A DNA stretch of 64,000 nt from Candidatus Cloacimonadales bacterium (GTDB lineage: Bacteria > Cloacimonadota > Cloacimonadia > Cloacimonadales > JAFGVF01). The stretch is from the NCBI GenBank assembly GCA_963678315.1, contig OY782781.1, forward strand, positions 384,001 to 448,000. Direction: 5' to 3'. The position numbers and the translations under genes were made by a program. This document shows, one piece after another, positions 60,049-64,000 of this stretch. The notes under the pieces are model-generated. The model was given only the letters and a program-made list of their open reading frames with translations. It searched no databases and was not told the origin of the DNA. Numbering within the stretch: the first letter of the stretch is position 1; every line of letters begins with the position of its first letter.

Positions 60049-61248
60049 ATGGCAAAGATTCCAAGAGGCGAAAGACTAATTCTAACTATCATAGGCAAAA
60101 GAAATGCAGGTAAATCTTCATTAATAAACGCAATGACAGGACAAGAGATTTCTATTGTATCAAACACTCCAGGAACCACTACAGACCCTGTTTCTAAGCC
60201 TTACGAGCTATTACCACTAGGTCCTGTTACTATCTATGATACTGCTGGGATTGATGATGTTGGAGAATTAGGAGAGCAAAGAGTTAAAAAAACAAGAAAG
60301 ATTCTTTTTAGAACAGATATTGCCATTCTTGTAACCGAATCTACAGAGGTTGACCAAGATTTACAAGAAATGATTTCAGACCTACAACAGCTAAAGGTCC
60401 CTTTTATAATTGCTTTTAATAAGAATGATATGAATCCACTTCCTAAAGAAACTAAGAAATACTGTCGTGATAACAAGATTCTATTTTCTTCTGTATCAGG
60501 GGTTACTGGTGATGGAGTAAGAATGCTTAAAGAAAAGCTTGTTACCTTAGCACCATCGAGTATTACCAAAGAGAATAATCTTGTCTCTGACCTACTTAGG
60601 CCAGGTCAGCTTGTTGTGTTAGTTGTTCCAATAGATTTAGCAGCTCCTAAAGGTAGGCTTATACTTCCTCAAGTTCAAGTAATCAGAGAAGTACTAGATT
60701 CCGATGCAGTAGGCATTATTGTTAAAGAACGTGAATTAGAGAAAGCCTTAGCTGGCTTGAGCAGAAAACCTGACTTAGTTATTACAGACTCTCAAGTAGT
60801 ACTAAAAGTAATCGGTGATGTTCCGAAAGACGTAAGATTTACTACTTTCTCTACCCTATTTGCAAGATATAAAGGTGACTTTGAAACTCTTATCAATGGA
60901 GCCAAAGCAATAGACAAGTTACAAGATGGCTCCAAAGTATTGATAGCTGAAGCATGCTCTCACCATGTTCAAGCAGATGATATTGGAACTGTTAAGATTC
61001 CTCGCTGGATGAGGCAGTACACTGGTAAGGATATTATCTTCGAAAAGAAAGCAGGAAATGATTTCCCTGAGAACTTAGAAGAATATGACCTTGTCCTACA
61101 CTGTGGTTCTTGTATGCTCAATCAAATGGAGATGAAACGCAGAATCATGGAATGTGTAAGAAGAGGTGTTCCAATAGCCAACTATGGAGTAACTATCTCC
61201 AAATTACATGGAGTTCTTGATAGAGTTATCGAACCATTCTTTAAGTAA
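60049..61248 (+). CDS. hydF: [FeFe]-hydrogenase H-cluster maturation GTPase HydF
   Basis: GKRNAGKSS, GTTTDPV, DTAG, NKND, PKGRLILPQ, CSHH...HCGSC FeS motif. Confidence 0.96.
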   Translation: MAKIPRGERLILTIIGKRNAGKSSLINAMTGQEISIVSNTPGTTTDPVSKPYELLPLGPVTIYDTAGIDDVGELGEQRVKKTRKILFRTDIAILVTESTEVDQDLQEMISDLQQLKVPFIIAFNKNDMNPLPKETKKYCRDNKILFSSVSGVTGDGVRMLKEKLVTLAPSSITKENNLVSDLLRPGQLVVLVVPIDLAAPKGRLILPQVQVIREVLDSDAVGIIVKERELEKALAGLSRKPDLVITDSQVVLKVIGDVPKDVRFTTFSTLFARYKGDFETLINGAKAIDKLQDGSKVLIAEACSHHVQADDIGTVKIPRWMRQYTGKDIIFEKKAGNDFPENLEEYDLVLHCGSCMLNQMEMKRRIMECVRRGVPIANYGVTISKLHGVLDRVIEPFFK

Positions 61249-61287
61249 AATAAACAACTATATAAAACTATTTAAGACTAAAAACTT

Positions 61288-61320
61288 ATGTAAATTCGGA
61301 ATTGAATTCCGAATTTACAT
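61288..61320. repeat. Perfect 16-bp-arm palindrome (REP-like or terminator) after hydF
   Basis: ATGTAAATTCGGAATT-G-AATTCCGAATTTACAT. Confidence 0.7.
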
Positions 61321-61343
61321 AAAAATATCTTTCTGGAGCATCA

Positions 61344-62303
61344 ATGAAATTAATCATGGCACCCATGCTTGCTATTACAGATGTTAAATTCAGGAATGTC
61401 TATAATAAGTACTTCCCTGATTTTGATTATGCAATAACCCCTTTCGTAAGCCTTTCTACCGGTAACAAGATTACTAGAAAGTCTTTTAGGGACTTTATTC
61501 CTCAAGAGCAAACAATGACGATTGTTCCTCAGCTTCTAAATCATGACGCAAATACTTTTGTTGAAGGTGTCAGATATTTACATAGCTTGGGCTACCAAGA
61601 AATAAATCTCAATTTGGGTTGTCCTGACCCCGGAATACTAAGGAAAGGTCGGGGAGCTTTTCTATTAGATCAAGCAGAAGTTCTTGATAGCAAGTTTGAA
61701 AAGATATTCAATGAACTTCAAGCTTCAGACCTCGTTTCCTTAAAGATAAGAGGTGGGAATAAAAGCTTTGATAATCTGCCAAAACTAATAGAAGTAATCA
61801 ATAAATACCCTTTTAAGAATGTTACACTGCATGCTAGATCTGCTCTTCAGATGTATCAAGGACGAATCAATTTAGATGTGGTAGATTATGTTTATGCTAA
61901 CCTAAAGCACAAACTAATCTTCAATGGAGATATAACATCTGTAGAAGTATTCAAGATCTTTGCTTCAAGATATCCAAAGATTGACGTTTGGATGATTGGT
62001 CGAGGCTTCTTGCGCAATCCATTTCTTCCTATGATGATTAAAAAGAACAATTCAGGATTATATGATAGCAGTAAGATTATATCTTGGAACACCCAAGTCT
62101 TCAAAGAATTTAAGGATTTCTCCCATAACGATATGTATGTTCTTGGAAGAATGAAGAACCTGTGGAAGTATTTAGGCTATAGTTTTAGCAATAGTGAAAG
62201 ATTTATGAAAGAAGTGTTGACCTGTCTAGACGCATCTAGATTTTTACACTTAACTAATGACATATTAAGAAGAGAAGAATTTATAGGAGAAAGCAATGTT
62301 TGA
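61344..62303 (+). CDS. dus: tRNA-dihydrouridine synthase family protein
   Basis: MAPM, PQLL, NLNLGCP, SLKIR, LHAR, FNGDI, MIGRG..RNP. Confidence 0.9.
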   Translation: MKLIMAPMLAITDVKFRNVYNKYFPDFDYAITPFVSLSTGNKITRKSFRDFIPQEQTMTIVPQLLNHDANTFVEGVRYLHSLGYQEINLNLGCPDPGILRKGRGAFLLDQAEVLDSKFEKIFNELQASDLVSLKIRGGNKSFDNLPKLIEVINKYPFKNVTLHARSALQMYQGRINLDVVDYVYANLKHKLIFNGDITSVEVFKIFASRYPKIDVWMIGRGFLRNPFLPMMIKKNNSGLYDSSKIISWNTQVFKEFKDFSHNDMYVLGRMKNLWKYLGYSFSNSERFMKEVLTCLDASRFLHLTNDILRREEFIGESNV

Positions 62304-63435
62304 ATACAGAAAGAATAATAGTTACTTTGCCCAAGTTTCTGGTACTATGGAGAATATAGCAGAAAAGGAATTAAGAAAGCTTGGGGCTAAGAAGCTTGAA
62401 GTAAGTAGTAGAGGATGCTACTTTGAAGCTGATGACGAATCCTTATATCGTATTGTTCTTATGGCTAAAACAACTCAACGTATTCTTGCTCCTCTTGTAA
62501 AATTCAAGTGCTTTAGCACTAAGTATTTAGGAATCCTTGTCTATAAAGATATTCATTGGTCTCAACTATTTAGTTTGGAAGAAACTTTCGGGATAGTGTG
62601 CAATGTGAGAGACAGTAACATAACCAATTCACATTATGCTAGCCAAGTGATGAAAGATTCTATCTGCGACCAATATAAGCTTAAAACTGGACAAAGACCT
62701 AACTTCAGCATTAAAGAAGCTGATATTCTATTTAACCTTCATATTCAAGATAATGAAGCAACTATAAGTATTGATTTGTGTGGTTCTTCCATGCATAAAA
62801 GAGGCTACAAAACAAGTGCTGTTCGTGCCCCCTTGCAAGAGACAATTGCTAATGCCCTTCTCCAAAGAACTGGCTGGGATGGCTCTAAAAAGCTTATTGA
62901 CTTTATGTGCGGTTCTGGAACTTTCTTAGGTGAAGCTGTTCAAAACTATTGTGGTCTTCCTAATGATATTATTAAGCCAAACACCCATATAAAAAAACTT
63001 CCTAACTTCGATATTGATTTATGGAATAAGGTTAAAGCCGATATAGAAGCTAATAGAAAGGTCTTGCCCGAAAATCTAATCTATGGTAATGATATATCTC
63101 CAACTAATGTGGTAGCATCAATGGAGAATGTTAGACACTTACCTGAAGGGGATAAGGTTAACTTCGATAATCGTAACTTTAAATCAATTAAATATATTAA
63201 AGACGCTGTAATTATTATAAACCCTCCTTATGGTATCAGACTGAATGATATTGCTACAATCAAAGAACTTTACCGTGATATTGGGATATTCTTCAGAGAA
63301 AAATGCAGTAATTGTGAAGCTTATGTTTTATCAGGAAGTAAAGAATTAATCGACGCTATTCAGTTAAAACCAGAATGGACTAAGAGAGTTAGGAATGGAA
63401 ATATCGATGGAGCTTTTGCTAAATTCAACATCTAG
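62296..63435 (+). CDS. THUMP-domain class I SAM RNA methyltransferase (RlmL/YpsC-like)
   Basis: SMHKRGY, APLQETIA, DFMCGSGTFLGEA, INPPYG.RL. Confidence 0.9.
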   Translation: MFEYRKNNSYFAQVSGTMENIAEKELRKLGAKKLEVSSRGCYFEADDESLYRIVLMAKTTQRILAPLVKFKCFSTKYLGILVYKDIHWSQLFSLEETFGIVCNVRDSNITNSHYASQVMKDSICDQYKLKTGQRPNFSIKEADILFNLHIQDNEATISIDLCGSSMHKRGYKTSAVRAPLQETIANALLQRTGWDGSKKLIDFMCGSGTFLGEAVQNYCGLPNDIIKPNTHIKKLPNFDIDLWNKVKADIEANRKVLPENLIYGNDISPTNVVASMENVRHLPEGDKVNFDNRNFKSIKYIKDAVIIINPPYGIRLNDIATIKELYRDIGIFFREKCSNCEAYVLSGSKELIDAIQLKPEWTKRVRNGNIDGAFAKFNI

Positions 63436-63590
63436 AATTCATTCTACAAGAACTGCTTCATAACTTATATTGTCTTAAATAAAGAGTTAAGACCAGATTA
63501 TTTATTATTAAATTAAAAATTCCTTTACAATTAAATTTAATATACTTATCTTAGTTTTATAGTAGATATTACAAGATATATGGGGAATAA

Positions 63591-64000
63591 ATGGATAAGT
63601 ATACTATTTTTAATTTAGTAGAAGTTAAATGTTTCACAGCAAACTTAAATAAATTAAGTGAGCAAAAGAATAGCATTGAAGTTTTAACAGAAAACTTCGA
63701 AAACCATACCCCAAATATTATATTTATCACAACAGACAACTTAGATTTGATATATAAATATCCGCTTGAGTCTATAGTGGGAGTTGTTCAACAAGCTAGT
63801 GATTTCAACACCTTTTTTGAGAATGAAATTGTTCATAATATTCCTTGTGATATCAGTTATGATAAACTATTTAGGTATATTTTCAACAATAATTCAGTAA
63901 GACAATATAACCGTCTTGCTCAGAAAATTAGGATGAAAACTACCTTCCCTCTTAGGGATTTCATTATCTTTACAGAAGCTATGTTTCATGCTAGTGCTAA
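63591..64000 (+). CDS. Hypothetical protein, 5' part (runs off window)
   Basis: RBS GGGGA, then ATG at 63591; MDKYTIFNLVEVKC... open to the window end. Confidence 0.6.
   Translation, partial: MDKYTIFNLVEVKCFTANLNKLSEQKNSIEVLTENFENHTPNIIFITTDNLDLIYKYPLESIVGVVQQASDFNTFFENEIVHNIPCDISYDKLFRYIFNNNSVRQYNRLAQKIRMKTTFPLRDFIIFTEAMFHASA

Noticed and set aside
1..64000. tRNA, rRNA, known riboswitches, RAYT or anti-phage defence genes
   Set aside because: None recognised by eye; an Infernal/tRNAscan or DefenseFinder run would be needed to exclude them fully.

Overview
AT-rich bacterial chromosomal window (genetic code 11) from an anaerobe, most consistent with Candidatus Cloacimonadota. This lineage call is inferred from several secreted proteins with a YPNPF/FlgD-Ig C-terminal sorting domain, a gingipain-like C25 protease, butyrate kinase and [FeFe]-hydrogenase maturases. 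It carries about 40 CDSs: housekeeping genes (serA-like, ispF, xseA, truA, dus, rlmL-like), a surface-glycan cluster ending in a PorZ-like gene, a TetR-TolC-MFP-RND efflux operon, two-component genes, aspA-hydE-hydF and one intact IS21 element. Most notable: (1) five intergenic islands built from a shared kit of REP-like hairpin modules, including a three-copy REPIN-like element, with the IS21 inserted into one tandem array; (2) a PorZ-like gene at the end of a deacetylase-GT-GT-WecA operon facing asnB-wzx, a candidate anchor-glycan locus for T9SS-like cargo; (3) a UGA-recoded selenocysteine peroxiredoxin with a SECIS-like hairpin; (4) a stand-alone promoter-hairpin-terminator sRNA candidate; (5) an orphan two-gene phage-like membrane module that the ORF track partly missed. 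All calls come from reading motifs by eye; no database searches were run.
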